In this document: positions 29,174 through 38,244 of the stretch, piece after piece | Layout: each line of letters begins with the position of its first letter | Position numbering within the stretch: the stretch's first letter is position 1 | Assembly: GCA_964477375.1 (NCBI GenBank) | Contig: CAYZFH010000001.1 | Location: 3,367 to 50,437 of the forward strand | Origin: an uncultured Rhizobiaceae bacterium | GTDB lineage: Bacteria; Pseudomonadota; Alphaproteobacteria; CADEGL01 | DNA length: 47,071 nucleotides | Direction of reading: 5' to 3' | The notes under the pieces: model-generated | What the model was told of the DNA's origin: nothing | Databases searched by the model: none | What the model saw: the letters and a program-made list of their open reading frames with translations, nothing else | Made by a program: the position numbers and the translations under genes

Positions 29174-30172
29174 ATGCAAATCCAGACGCCGTATCTTTTG
29201 TTCCTGGGCGACGCCCGTGACCAGCTCGCCGCCAAGACCGCCCAGGGCATCGCCTATTGGCGTCCGGAATGGTGCGTGGGGCAGCTTCGCCTGCCGGACT
29301 GCAACGCCAATCTCGGCCTCAAGGAATTGACCATCGCGGATGCCGCCAAGGCGGGCGTGAAGACGGTGATCGTCGGCGTGGCCAACCGCGGCGGCATTAT
29401 TTCCGACGCTTGGACCACGGTCCTCAACGAGGCGCTGGAGCGCGGCATGGATCTGGCGGCGGGCCTCCACAACAAACTGTCCGAAGTGCCGAAGCTGCGC
29501 GAAACGGCCGCGCGCCTTGGCCGTCAACTGTTTGACGTGCGCCACCCGACGAAGCCTTTCCCGCTCGGCACCGGCGCCAAGCGGCCTGGTCTGCGCCTCC
29601 TGGCCGTTGGCACCGACGTCTCGTCGGGCAAGATGTACACGACGCTCGCACTCGAGAAGGAATTGAAGAAACGCGGCCGCAAGGCAGATTTCCGCGCCAC
29701 CGGCCAGACCGGCATTTTCATCGCCGGCAGCGGCGTATCGATCGACGCCGTGGTTTCCGACTTCGTCTCGGGTGCCGTCGAAGAGCTGTCGCCACCCAAC
29801 GATCCCGACCATTGGGACCTGGTGGAAGGGCAGGGCTCGCTGTTCCACGCCTCGTATGCCGGCGTCACGCTCGGCCTCATCCACGGCTCGCAGCCGGACG
29901 CGCTGGTCATGTGCCACGAGCCGACGCGTCAGCATGTGCGCGGCCTGCCGCACTACAAGCTGCCGGGCATCAAGGAATGCATGGAAGCCAATCTGGCCGC
30001 CGCGCGCCTGACCAATCCGGCCGCCAAGTTCGTCGGCATCGCGCTCAACACCTCGCAGATGTCCGAGGCCGATGCGCTGAAGGAGATCAAGAAGACTGAG
30101 GACGCGCACGGCCTGCCCACGGTCGATCCGGTGCGCCAGGGCGTCGCCAAGATCGCCGACCGTCTCTGGTAG
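29174..30172 (+). CDS. dgcN: DUF1611-family protein (DgcN-like D-glutamate N-acetyltransferase family)
   Basis: 332 aa from ATG 29174 (GAGGGGA RBS). PYLLFLGD...AKTA.GI..WRPE and VGTD.SSGKMYT are typical of DUF1611. It is paired with an enolase-superfamily epimerase, as in the described DgcN/DgcA module. The symbol is tentative. Confidence 0.7.
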   Translation: MQIQTPYLLFLGDARDQLAAKTAQGIAYWRPEWCVGQLRLPDCNANLGLKELTIADAAKAGVKTVIVGVANRGGIISDAWTTVLNEALERGMDLAAGLHNKLSEVPKLRETAARLGRQLFDVRHPTKPFPLGTGAKRPGLRLLAVGTDVSSGKMYTTLALEKELKKRGRKADFRATGQTGIFIAGSGVSIDAVVSDFVSGAVEELSPPNDPDHWDLVEGQGSLFHASYAGVTLGLIHGSQPDALVMCHEPTRQHVRGLPHYKLPGIKECMEANLAAARLTNPAAKFVGIALNTSQMSEADALKEIKKTEDAHGLPTVDPVRQGVAKIADRLW

Positions 30173-30176
30173 TTCG

Positions 30177-31157
30177 ATGACGGATCTCGACGTCCGCCGC
30201 GAATCCTGGCCGATCCGCGGCACCTTCGCCATCTCGCGCGGCAGCCGCACCGCGACCGAAGTCGTCGTCGTCGAGCTGACGCGCGACGACCATATCGGGC
30301 GTGGCGAATGTGTGCCCTATCCCCGCTATGGCGAGACGGTCGAAGGCGTGATCGCGGACATCGAATCGTTGCGCGCGCGCCTGGCGGGTGGGCTCGACCG
30401 CGACGGGTTGCAGACGGCGCTGCCGGCCGGCGCCGCGCGCAATGCTGTCGATTGCGCCTTTTGGGACCTGGAAGCCAAGCGCGCTGGACGGCGCGCCTTT
30501 GAACTTGCTGGCTTACCTGCGCCCCAGCCGCTTACCACCGCCTACACGCTCTCGCTCGATGCGCCCGAGGCTATGGGGCGTGCCGCGGCGGCGAACGCGC
30601 ACCGTCCGCTCCTCAAGCTCAAGGTGACGGGCGATGGCGATCTGGATCGCGTGCGTGCCGTCCGCGCCAACGCGTTGGGGTCCAAATTGGTGGTCGACGC
30701 CAACGAGGCATGGACGCCCGAACAGTTCACGCGCTTTGTGCCGGAGTTGGCGGGGCTTGGCGTCACCATGATCGAGCAGCCGCTGCCCGCAAAGGCGGAT
30801 GCGCCATTGGCTTCGCTCAAGCGTGCCATTCCGGTCTGCGCCGACGAATCCTGCCACGATGCGAGCACGATCGAAGAGCTGGTCGGCCGCTACGACATGA
30901 TCAACATCAAGCTCGACAAGACCGGCGGCCTGACCGAGGCGCTGAAGCTGCGCGCTGCCGCCGAGGCCAAGGGCTTCGGCGTCATGGTCGGCTGCATGAT
31001 CGCGACCTCGCTGTCGATGGCGCCCGCGGTCCTCGTGGCGCAGGGCGCCGCAGTCGTCGATCTCGACGGGCCGCTTCTCCTCGCGCGCGACCGCGATGCG
31101 GGCCTGCGCTATGACGGCAGCACGGTCCATCCCGCGGACGCCGCCCTCTGGGGCTGA
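30177..31157 (+). CDS. dgcA: Enolase-superfamily dipeptide epimerase-like protein (DgcA-like N-acetyl-D-Glu racemase family)
   Basis: 326 aa, 4 nt after the DUF1611 stop. KLKV, VDANEAW, IEQPL, CADES and INIKLDKTGGLTEA are the MLE-subgroup metal and acid/base motifs. The symbol is tentative. Confidence 0.75.
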   Translation: MTDLDVRRESWPIRGTFAISRGSRTATEVVVVELTRDDHIGRGECVPYPRYGETVEGVIADIESLRARLAGGLDRDGLQTALPAGAARNAVDCAFWDLEAKRAGRRAFELAGLPAPQPLTTAYTLSLDAPEAMGRAAAANAHRPLLKLKVTGDGDLDRVRAVRANALGSKLVVDANEAWTPEQFTRFVPELAGLGVTMIEQPLPAKADAPLASLKRAIPVCADESCHDASTIEELVGRYDMINIKLDKTGGLTEALKLRAAAEAKGFGVMVGCMIATSLSMAPAVLVAQGAAVVDLDGPLLLARDRDAGLRYDGSTVHPADAALWG

Positions 31158-31251
31158 CGCGCCGGCGTCAAGAAGCCGTAACCTGTGGAATGCGTTGCTG
31201 TCTGCGCGGCGCGCGCCCCGCGCCTCTGGCACGACTTATGAAAGGTAAAGA

Positions 31252-31272
31252 AGGCAGGGGCTGATACTGCCT
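31252..31272 (-). terminator. Weak terminator-like hairpin after the HADH-like gene
   Basis: On the minus strand: AGGCAG-tatcagccc-CTGCCT followed by TCTTTACCTTTC. The stem is only 6 bp. Confidence 0.3.
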
Positions 31273-31317
31273 GCGCAACGGAATCGGGTCAGCCAGCCGG
31301 AAAGCCGCCCACCGTTT

Positions 31318-32262
31318 TCAGTTCTTTTCGAACGCGTTCTTGATCTTGGCCAGCTCGACCAGCCGGGCGTCGCGCGCCCGCGCCATGTCGGCGGGCGTGC
31401 GGCCGTTCAGCATCTCCTCGACCTGATCGATCAGGATCTTCTGCTGCTCCGGCGTCAGGCGGATGCGCGAAGCGCGGTCGACCGCCATCGTGTCGCGCGG
31501 ACCGAAGATCTCGAAGGTGCGCTTCAGCCCGCCTTCACCGCCCGCCAGCATGTAGGACAGGAACGGGCCGATGAAGGCCCAGCGCCGTCCCGGTCCTTCC
31601 GTGATGGCGGCGTCCACGTCGGCCGCGGTGCAATAGCCCTGCAGCACCATCTGCACGGCCTCGTTCCAGACCACGTATTGCAGGCGGTTGGCGATGTGGC
31701 CGTAGATCTCGCGCTTGAGCCGCACGGGCTTGAGGCCGGCCTCGGCATAGAACGCCTCGGCCAGGTCGATCGCCGCGGGATCGGTACGTTCGCCGCCGGC
31801 CAGCTCCATCAGCGGCACCAGGTGCGGCGGGTTGAACGGGTGCGCCAGGATGCAGCGTTCGGGATGCGCGCATTTGAGCGCCAGCCGCGTCATCACCAGC
31901 GCCGAGGTGCTGGAGGCGATCACCCGTTCCTTGGGAAACGCGGCGTCGATCTCGGCCAGCACGTCGATCTTGAGCGCTTCGGTCTCCGGCGCGTTCTCCT
32001 GCACGAAATCGGCGTCTTTCACGCAAGCGGCGACATCGCGCGCGAAGGCGAAGGGCGGCGGCGCGTCGAGCTTCGTCGCGCCGATCTCGCGCAGCTGCGG
32101 CCAGATGCGCGCGACGAAGGCGCGGAGCTTCGCTTCGCCGTCCGGCGCGGGATCGGTCGCCGTCACCTGATAGCCGCGCGCGAGGAAATGGGCGCAGAAC
32201 GAGCCGCCGATGGTGCCCGTGCCGACCAGCGCGATGTGCTTGATCTTCCGCCGCTCGATCAT
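31318..32262 (-). CDS. 3-hydroxyacyl-CoA dehydrogenase family protein (L-carnitine dehydrogenase-like)
   Basis: 314 aa from ATG 32262 (GGAGAG RBS). IALVGTGTIGGSF Rossmann motif, plus HPFNPPHLVPLMEL and GHIANRL, typical of the HADH/LcdH family. Confidence 0.8.
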   Translation of the reverse strand: MIERRKIKHIALVGTGTIGGSFCAHFLARGYQVTATDPAPDGEAKLRAFVARIWPQLREIGATKLDAPPPFAFARDVAACVKDADFVQENAPETEALKIDVLAEIDAAFPKERVIASSTSALVMTRLALKCAHPERCILAHPFNPPHLVPLMELAGGERTDPAAIDLAEAFYAEAGLKPVRLKREIYGHIANRLQYVVWNEAVQMVLQGYCTAADVDAAITEGPGRRWAFIGPFLSYMLAGGEGGLKRTFEIFGPRDTMAVDRASRIRLTPEQQKILIDQVEEMLNGRTPADMARARDARLVELAKIKNAFEKN

Positions 32263-32273
32263 CGTGCTCTCCG

Positions 32274-32687
32274 TCAGTGGATCGTCTTGGAAGGTTTGGT
32301 GGGCACCGGCTTTTCCTCGGGCGGTGCGTCGTTGGTGGGGCCGGCTTGGTGATGGGTCATGCGCCAGACGCCGTCCTCGCGCGCGAAGATGTTGGTCGCG
32401 ATCAGATAGCCGCCGTCCACCATCTCGAAGCAGATCACGAACGCCACGTCGCCGATCACGAAGGCGCGCGCGCCGCGGCAGGTCACCTTGGGCGCGTTCG
32501 TGCTGGACAGGATGCCCTGCCAGCTCGTCATCACGGCTTCGCGGGTGGTGAGCGCGCCCCAGCCCGGATGGATGCAGGCCACCGGCGCGCGCTTGGCCCA
32601 CAGGTTCTCCATGGCGGCTATGTCGTGGTCCGAGAACGCCTTGTAGAAGGCCTCGTTGGCTTGCAGGACCAGATCGTCGTCGTTCAT
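32274..32687 (-). CDS. NTF2/SnoaL-like fold protein
   Basis: 137 aa. ANEAFYKAFSDHDIAAMENLWA...CIHPGW is typical of SnoaL-like/DUF4440 proteins. It lies 11 nt upstream of the HADH-like gene. Confidence 0.7.
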   Translation of the reverse strand: MNDDDLVLQANEAFYKAFSDHDIAAMENLWAKRAPVACIHPGWGALTTREAVMTSWQGILSSTNAPKVTCRGARAFVIGDVAFVICFEMVDGGYLIATNIFAREDGVWRMTHHQAGPTNDAPPEEKPVPTKPSKTIH

Positions 32688-32742
32688 GCCCTATCCCCGT
32701 TGGTGCCGCCAGTGAAGCGGAACTAGGCCGCGCGGTCGAGCC

Positions 32743-33867
32743 TCATGCGAAGCGGCCGGGATTGAAGCGCGCCAGGTCCAAGGGCGGCGCGCGGCCCTGG
32801 ATCATCTCGGACAGGGCCAGCGCCTGCGCCGGCCCCATGTGGAAACCGCCGCGCGCGCCGGCCGCGATATAGGCCTGGTCGTGGCCGGGCAGGCGGCCGA
32901 TCACGGGCAGCGCGTCCGGCGTCACGGCCTGAAACCCGGCCCAGCTTCGCACCGCGCGCAGATTGGCCAAGCCCGGCACCACGGTCGTGGCGGTGGCCCA
33001 GTTCTGGCGCAGCCGGTCGTAATCGGTTTTGCGCTGGCCGGTCGCGAACACGCCGCGTCCCTGCCAGCCGCCGCCGATCATGCAGGTGCCGTTCTCGTAT
33101 TGCTTGAGCGTCAGGATGCCGGCCACATGGCTGACCACACGGTCGAACACCCTGGGTCCGGGTTCGGTGATGGTCAGCATGTTGGTGTCGACATAGAGCG
33201 GCAGCGTCACGCCCAGCATGCGCGCAACCTCGCCCGACCACGGCCCCGCCGTGACGATAACGGCGCGGCAGCGTGTGACGCCAAAGCGCGTCTTCACCGC
33301 ATAGCCCGCGCCTTCGCGTGCGATGGATTCGACCGGCGTCTGCGACGAGACGTGTGCGCCCGCGCGCCGCGCGGCGGCGACCACTTCGTTGCCGGCCAAA
33401 AGCGGGCTCGCGTGGGAATCCTCATCGCAGAAGGTGGCGGCGCGCACGCCCTGGCCGAGCCAGGGTCCGCGGTCGCGCATCTGGTTGGCTTCCAGCCACT
33501 CCAGCTCAAGCCCTGCCTCTGCCTGCTTGGCGGCGTAGTCGCGCAGATGCGCGATGTGGGCATCGTCGGTCGCGACCAGAAAGCCGCCCAGCCGGTGGAA
33601 GCCGACCTCCATGCCGTCTTCTTCTTGGAACCGCTTCCACAGCGTGATGCCGAGGCGCGCCATGGCCAGCACCTCGACGCGCATGGCCTGGATAGAGAGG
33701 GTGCCGGCGTTGGAGCCCGAGGCGTCGCTCCACGGCTCGGTACGGTCGAAGACAGCAACCGAGCGGCCCGCGCGCGCCAGGTACAGTGCGGCGCACATAC
33801 CGACCACGCCGCCGCCGATCACGGCCACGTCCACCTCGTTCGGGGCCGCGGAATTCCTGCCGTCCAT
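32743..33867 (-). CDS. FAD-dependent oxidoreductase (DAO family; sarcosine/D-amino-acid oxidase-like)
   Basis: 374 aa. VDVAVIGGGVVGMCAALYLARAGRSVAVFD dinucleotide motif. AGGTGAG RBS. First gene of a three-gene minus-strand operon. Confidence 0.85.
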   Translation of the reverse strand: MDGRNSAAPNEVDVAVIGGGVVGMCAALYLARAGRSVAVFDRTEPWSDASGSNAGTLSIQAMRVEVLAMARLGITLWKRFQEEDGMEVGFHRLGGFLVATDDAHIAHLRDYAAKQAEAGLELEWLEANQMRDRGPWLGQGVRAATFCDEDSHASPLLAGNEVVAAARRAGAHVSSQTPVESIAREGAGYAVKTRFGVTRCRAVIVTAGPWSGEVARMLGVTLPLYVDTNMLTITEPGPRVFDRVVSHVAGILTLKQYENGTCMIGGGWQGRGVFATGQRKTDYDRLRQNWATATTVVPGLANLRAVRSWAGFQAVTPDALPVIGRLPGHDQAYIAAGARGGFHMGPAQALALSEMIQGRAPPLDLARFNPGRFA

Positions 33868-34002
33868 CGTCTCACCTGCTCCGGCGGGGGAGGATGCCGC
33901 TCCCGCCTATCGCAGGGCAATCGCTATTCGCGCCCGCGCGTTGGCTTGGGGGACGCGCGGCCGATATGCTCGTCGATATCGCCACGCACGGGGGAGAGTT
34001 TC

Positions 34003-35574
34003 ATGGCACGCCAAGCGCTCGGGACACTCGACGGCAAGCAGTTCGACGTGGCTGTTATCGGCGCGGGCCTCAACGGCATCTCGTCGGCCCAGCATCTGGC
34101 GGCGGCCGGCTATTCCGTTCTCCTGGTCGAGAAGAACGATTTCTGCACCGGCGCCTCCAGCCGCTCCAGCCGCATGCTCTCCTGCGGCATCCGTTATCTC
34201 GAGCGCGGCATGTCCATGTGGCAGTTCATGGCCAAGCCGGACCTCTTGTTCGCCTCGCTCAAGATGGCGCGCCAGGCCATGAAGACGCGCAGCCAGTTCG
34301 TCAACACGGCGTCCCCGCATCTGCGCGAACTGAAGTTCGCCTTCCCGATCTACGGCACGGACTACTACCAGCCCTGGCAGGTGAAGCTCGCATTCAAGAT
34401 GCTCGAGATCATGGGGCCGGGCGACGTGCCGATCGACTTCAAGATCCTGAAGCCGGCCGAGATCAAGAACCAGCCGCTGCTGTCCTGGATGCGCGACCAG
34501 GACAAGATGAAGGGCGCGGCCATGTTCCGCGAGTATCACTTCGACTGGCCGGAGCGCGTGGCCATGGACGCGGTGCTGGACGCAGAGCGCATGGGCGCCG
34601 TCATCCGCAACTACACGCCGGTCACGGGGCTGCGCCGCGACGGCGAGGGCTGGCGCGTCTCGCTGGCCGATTCGCTGCAGCCGGGCGCGGAAGCGACGGT
34701 GAAGGCCAAGGTCGTCCTCAACATGGCGGGCACCTGGATCGACCGCGTCAACAAGCTGGCGGGCGATTCGGCCAAGCGGAAGATCTGCGGCACCAAGGGT
34801 GTGCATTTCGCGGTGAAGCTGCCGCCCGAATGCCAGTATCGCGGCGTCATGGGCCACCACCGCGAGCACGAGCATCTCTACTGCTTCCCCTGGCGCGACC
34901 TGCATTATTTCGGCCCGACCGAGACGCTGTTCGAAGGCAACATCGACGACATCCGGGCGACCGATAACGAGATCGACTGGCTGTTGGCCGAGGCCAACTA
35001 TCTGTTCCCGTCGCTCAACCTGAAGCGCTCGGACATCCTGTTCTCATGGGCGGGCGTGCGGCCGCTGACCTATGACGAACGTTATCCGAAAGGTTCGCGC
35101 GACCGGCTGGTGCACGATTTGGCGTCGGAAGGGATGCCAGGCGTTCTGGCCATGACGGCGGGACCGATCATGACCCACCGTTCGGCGGGCCAGGAGATGT
35201 GCGCGGCGGTGCAGGGCAAGATCCAACCGTCGGGCACGCCGCAGGCGATCGACTATTCGGCGCGCAAATTCCCGGAGAACCAGAATTCGCCGCCGCTGCT
35301 CGACCATTGGACGACGGCCAAGGTCTCCGACCTGAAGCATGTCGCGGCGAACGAATATCCCGCGACGCTGGTGGATGCGATCCGCCGCGTGGGCGCGCAC
35401 TGGACGCGCACCATGGCGGGCGAAGCGGCGGAGAAGGCCGCGCGCGCCATCGCGCCCGAAATGGGTTGGGACGAGGCGCGGGTCATGAAGGAAGCCAAGG
35501 ACTATGTGGCCTATATCGCGCACCAGCATCTGCGCGGGCCCGATGGGCTGATCCATTCGGACGCCAAGCAATAG
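34003..35574 (+). CDS. GlpD-like FAD-dependent oxidoreductase (glycerol-3-phosphate dehydrogenase family), paralog 1
   Basis: 523 aa from ATG 34003 (GGGGAGAG RBS). FDVAVIGAGLNGISSAQHLAAAGYSVLLVEKNDFCTGASSRSSRMLSCGIRYLE follows the GlpD N-terminal pattern (..SS.SSKLIHGGLRYLE). Confidence 0.8.
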   Translation: MARQALGTLDGKQFDVAVIGAGLNGISSAQHLAAAGYSVLLVEKNDFCTGASSRSSRMLSCGIRYLERGMSMWQFMAKPDLLFASLKMARQAMKTRSQFVNTASPHLRELKFAFPIYGTDYYQPWQVKLAFKMLEIMGPGDVPIDFKILKPAEIKNQPLLSWMRDQDKMKGAAMFREYHFDWPERVAMDAVLDAERMGAVIRNYTPVTGLRRDGEGWRVSLADSLQPGAEATVKAKVVLNMAGTWIDRVNKLAGDSAKRKICGTKGVHFAVKLPPECQYRGVMGHHREHEHLYCFPWRDLHYFGPTETLFEGNIDDIRATDNEIDWLLAEANYLFPSLNLKRSDILFSWAGVRPLTYDERYPKGSRDRLVHDLASEGMPGVLAMTAGPIMTHRSAGQEMCAAVQGKIQPSGTPQAIDYSARKFPENQNSPPLLDHWTTAKVSDLKHVAANEYPATLVDAIRRVGAHWTRTMAGEAAEKAARAIAPEMGWDEARVMKEAKDYVAYIAHQHLRGPDGLIHSDAKQ

Positions 35575-35578
35575 GCGT

Positions 35579-36517
35579 CTAGAAGCGGAGAGCCGCGCCC
35601 GTCAGATGCACCGACGGCACCGAGCGGGCCAACTCCTTCAAGACCTTGTTCAGGTCGGTGAAGAAATCTTGCGCAGTCCGCGACGGCGGGCGGTAGCGCG
35701 AGCCGATCGCGAAGATGCGGAAGTCGATGCTGGGTTTGAAGCGGCGGATCTCAAGGCCGCTGAACGGCCCCGCGAGAGACGCCGAATCCACCAACCCCAC
35801 GACGCCGCCTTCCGTCACCATGGTCAGCGCCGTCAGGGACAGGTTGGATTCGATGATGGCGTCCATCTGCTCCGGGCGCAGGGCTTCGCGGATCAGCATG
35901 CCGGTCATCGCGTTGACGGTCAGCGTCACGATCCGCTCGCCGATCAGATCTCCGGCCGCGACGACGCGCTTCTGCGCCAGGCGGTGTCCCGGCGGGAACA
36001 CGCACACGATCTCGGACCGGCAGATGGGGATCGAGCGCACCTTGGAAAGGTCCGTCGGCGAATAGACGAAGCCGAAATCGACCTCGTGGCGGATGACGGA
36101 TTCCGCGATCCTTGTCATGGCGTGCGATTCGAGCCGGATGCTGACCTTCGGTTTCCGCTGCGCGTAGCGCGCCACGGCGCGCGACAGGAAGGCTGTCACC
36201 AAGCCGGGCGGCGCCGCGATCGCGAGGGTGCCTTCGTTGCGCGTGCGGACGGCCTTGATGCGGCCCTCGACCAGATCGTGATGGAGAAGCAGCTCGTCGA
36301 TCTCGGGCAACAGGTTTTGCGCCTCGACGGTGGGCGTGGTGCGCCCGCTGGAGCGGTTGAACAGGGGAAAGCCGACCTGCTCCTCCAGCTCGAACAGGGC
36401 GCGGGAGGTGGCCGGCTGGGAAATGCCCAACTGCTGCGCGGCCTCGGTGATCGAGCGGGCGCGCATCACGGTCTGGAAAATCAGCATGTGCCGGCGGCGC
36501 AGGCTCGCCATACCCAT
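35579..36517 (-). CDS. LysR-family transcriptional regulator
   Basis: HTH region MLIFQTVMRARSITEAAQQLGISQPATSRALFELEEQVGFPLF. Start at 36517 (MGMAS) or 36511. Divergent from GlpD-like paralog 2. Confidence 0.85.
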   Translation of the reverse strand: MGMASLRRRHMLIFQTVMRARSITEAAQQLGISQPATSRALFELEEQVGFPLFNRSSGRTTPTVEAQNLLPEIDELLLHHDLVEGRIKAVRTRNEGTLAIAAPPGLVTAFLSRAVARYAQRKPKVSIRLESHAMTRIAESVIRHEVDFGFVYSPTDLSKVRSIPICRSEIVCVFPPGHRLAQKRVVAAGDLIGERIVTLTVNAMTGMLIREALRPEQMDAIIESNLSLTALTMVTEGGVVGLVDSASLAGPFSGLEIRRFKPSIDFRIFAIGSRYRPPSRTAQDFFTDLNKVLKELARSVPSVHLTGAALRF

Positions 36518-36638
36518 TTGGTTATGACCCGCATTTGTTAGATTATTGGACGGCCAGAATGTGGGCCGTTTAGATGGTCCGTCAAATAGAATGGCGGGAA
36601 GGCTGTTCTCGCCGCAGGCAGGGTTGGGGGAAAGACCG

Positions 36639-38207
36639 ATGAAACGGATGGCTCTGAAGGAACTCGACGGGCGCAAATTCGACGCCATCGTCGTGGGCGC
36701 GGGCGTGAACGGGTCCAGCGGCGCGCATCACCTTGCCGCCGCGGGCTACAAGGTGCTGGTGGTGGACAAGGGCGATTTCGCCGCCGGTTCGTCCAGCCGC
36801 TCCAGCCGCCTGCTCCATTGCGGCCTGCGCTTCATCGAGCCGGGCGAGGGTCTGGGCTACCGCAAGCCCAGCATGTTCGACTATTTCACCAAGCCCAAGG
36901 ACACGATCCGCAACCTGGGCCGCGCGCGCGACGCCATGAACGCGCGCAGCCAGATTTCGACGACGATGCCGGAGCGCGTGCGCGCCTTCTCCTTCTGCTT
37001 CCCGGTCTACACTGACAGCATCTACAAGCCCTGGCAGGTCACGGTCGGCATGAAGCTCCTGGCGGCGCTCGGCCCCGGTGACGTGCCGCTTGATCCGAAG
37101 CGCATTCCGGCCAAGGAAGCGCTGCAGATGCCGCTGCTCAAATGGCTGCGCGATCCCGAGAAGCTGACCTCGGTGTTCAGCTACCGGGAATACCGCTACG
37201 AATGGCCCGAGCGCATCGCCATGGACACGCTGCTCGATGCCGAGCGGATGGGGGCCGTGGTGCGCAATTACACGCCCGCGACCAAGATGGTGCGCGAGGA
37301 CGATCACTGGCGCATTGATCTGGCCGACGCCTTCGATCCGAACGCCAAGGCCTCGGTCGAGGCGCCGGTCGTGCTGAACACCGGCGGCATCTGGACCGAC
37401 CGGATCAACAAGCTGGCGACTGAGCACGCGCGCCGGAAGATCCTGGGCACCAAGGGCTCGCACATCATGTTCCGGCTGCCGCCCGAGTGCGAAAACATGG
37501 GCGTCATCGCCCACACGACGGACCGCGAGCCGCACTACGTCATCCCCTGGCGCGGCATGCACTACACGGGTCCGACGGACACGAAATACGAGGGCGATAT
37601 CGACGATATCAGCGCGACGGAGGAGGAGAAGGAGCACCTGATCCACGAGACCAACGCGCTCTTGCCCGGCCTCGGCCTCACGCGCAAGGACGTGCTGTTC
37701 TCCTGGGCCGGCGTGCGCCCGCTGACCTACGATCCCGATCTGCCCATGGGCAAGCGCGGCCACACGCTGCATGACCTCGAGGCCGACGGCCTGCCCGGCA
37801 TGTACGCCATGACGTCCTCGCCTATCCAGTCGCACCGCCTGGCGGGTGTGCAGCTCGCGACCGCCGTGCAGAAGAAGTTCAAGCCCTCGGGCCAGCCGCA
37901 GCAGATCTCTTACGCGGCCAAGCCGTACCCGAAGGACGACTCGCCCGCGCTTCTCAACCATTGGCCCGATGCGCGCCTCTCCCACCTGCATGCGGCGGCC
38001 AAGAACGAGCAGCCGATGACGCTCGTCGACCTGATGTTCCGCCGCGTGGGCGCGGGCTGGACCCAGACCATGGGGCGCGAGGTTGCCCGCCGCGCGGCGC
38101 AGGAGGTGGCGCCAATCCTGGGCTGGGACCAGGCGCGCCAGGATAAGGAAGTGCGCGACTATCTGGCGCATATCGACCGGCTGCACGGGGTGAAGGCCGA
38201 CGGCTGA
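36639..38207 (+). CDS. GlpD-like FAD-dependent oxidoreductase, paralog 2
   Basis: 522 aa from ATG 36639. FDAIVVGAGVNGSSGAHHLAAAGYKVLVVDKGDFAAGSSSRSSRLLHCGLRFIE. It is colinear with paralog 1 along the full length, with many identical blocks (WPERxAMD, AERMGAVxRNYTP, GTKGxH, LFSWAGVRPLTYD). Confidence 0.8.
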   Translation: MKRMALKELDGRKFDAIVVGAGVNGSSGAHHLAAAGYKVLVVDKGDFAAGSSSRSSRLLHCGLRFIEPGEGLGYRKPSMFDYFTKPKDTIRNLGRARDAMNARSQISTTMPERVRAFSFCFPVYTDSIYKPWQVTVGMKLLAALGPGDVPLDPKRIPAKEALQMPLLKWLRDPEKLTSVFSYREYRYEWPERIAMDTLLDAERMGAVVRNYTPATKMVREDDHWRIDLADAFDPNAKASVEAPVVLNTGGIWTDRINKLATEHARRKILGTKGSHIMFRLPPECENMGVIAHTTDREPHYVIPWRGMHYTGPTDTKYEGDIDDISATEEEKEHLIHETNALLPGLGLTRKDVLFSWAGVRPLTYDPDLPMGKRGHTLHDLEADGLPGMYAMTSSPIQSHRLAGVQLATAVQKKFKPSGQPQQISYAAKPYPKDDSPALLNHWPDARLSHLHAAAKNEQPMTLVDLMFRRVGAGWTQTMGREVARRAAQEVAPILGWDQARQDKEVRDYLAHIDRLHGVKADG

Positions 38208-38244
38208 TCCCGGGATGCTTTCGTAGAACGATGGAGGCGACGCC

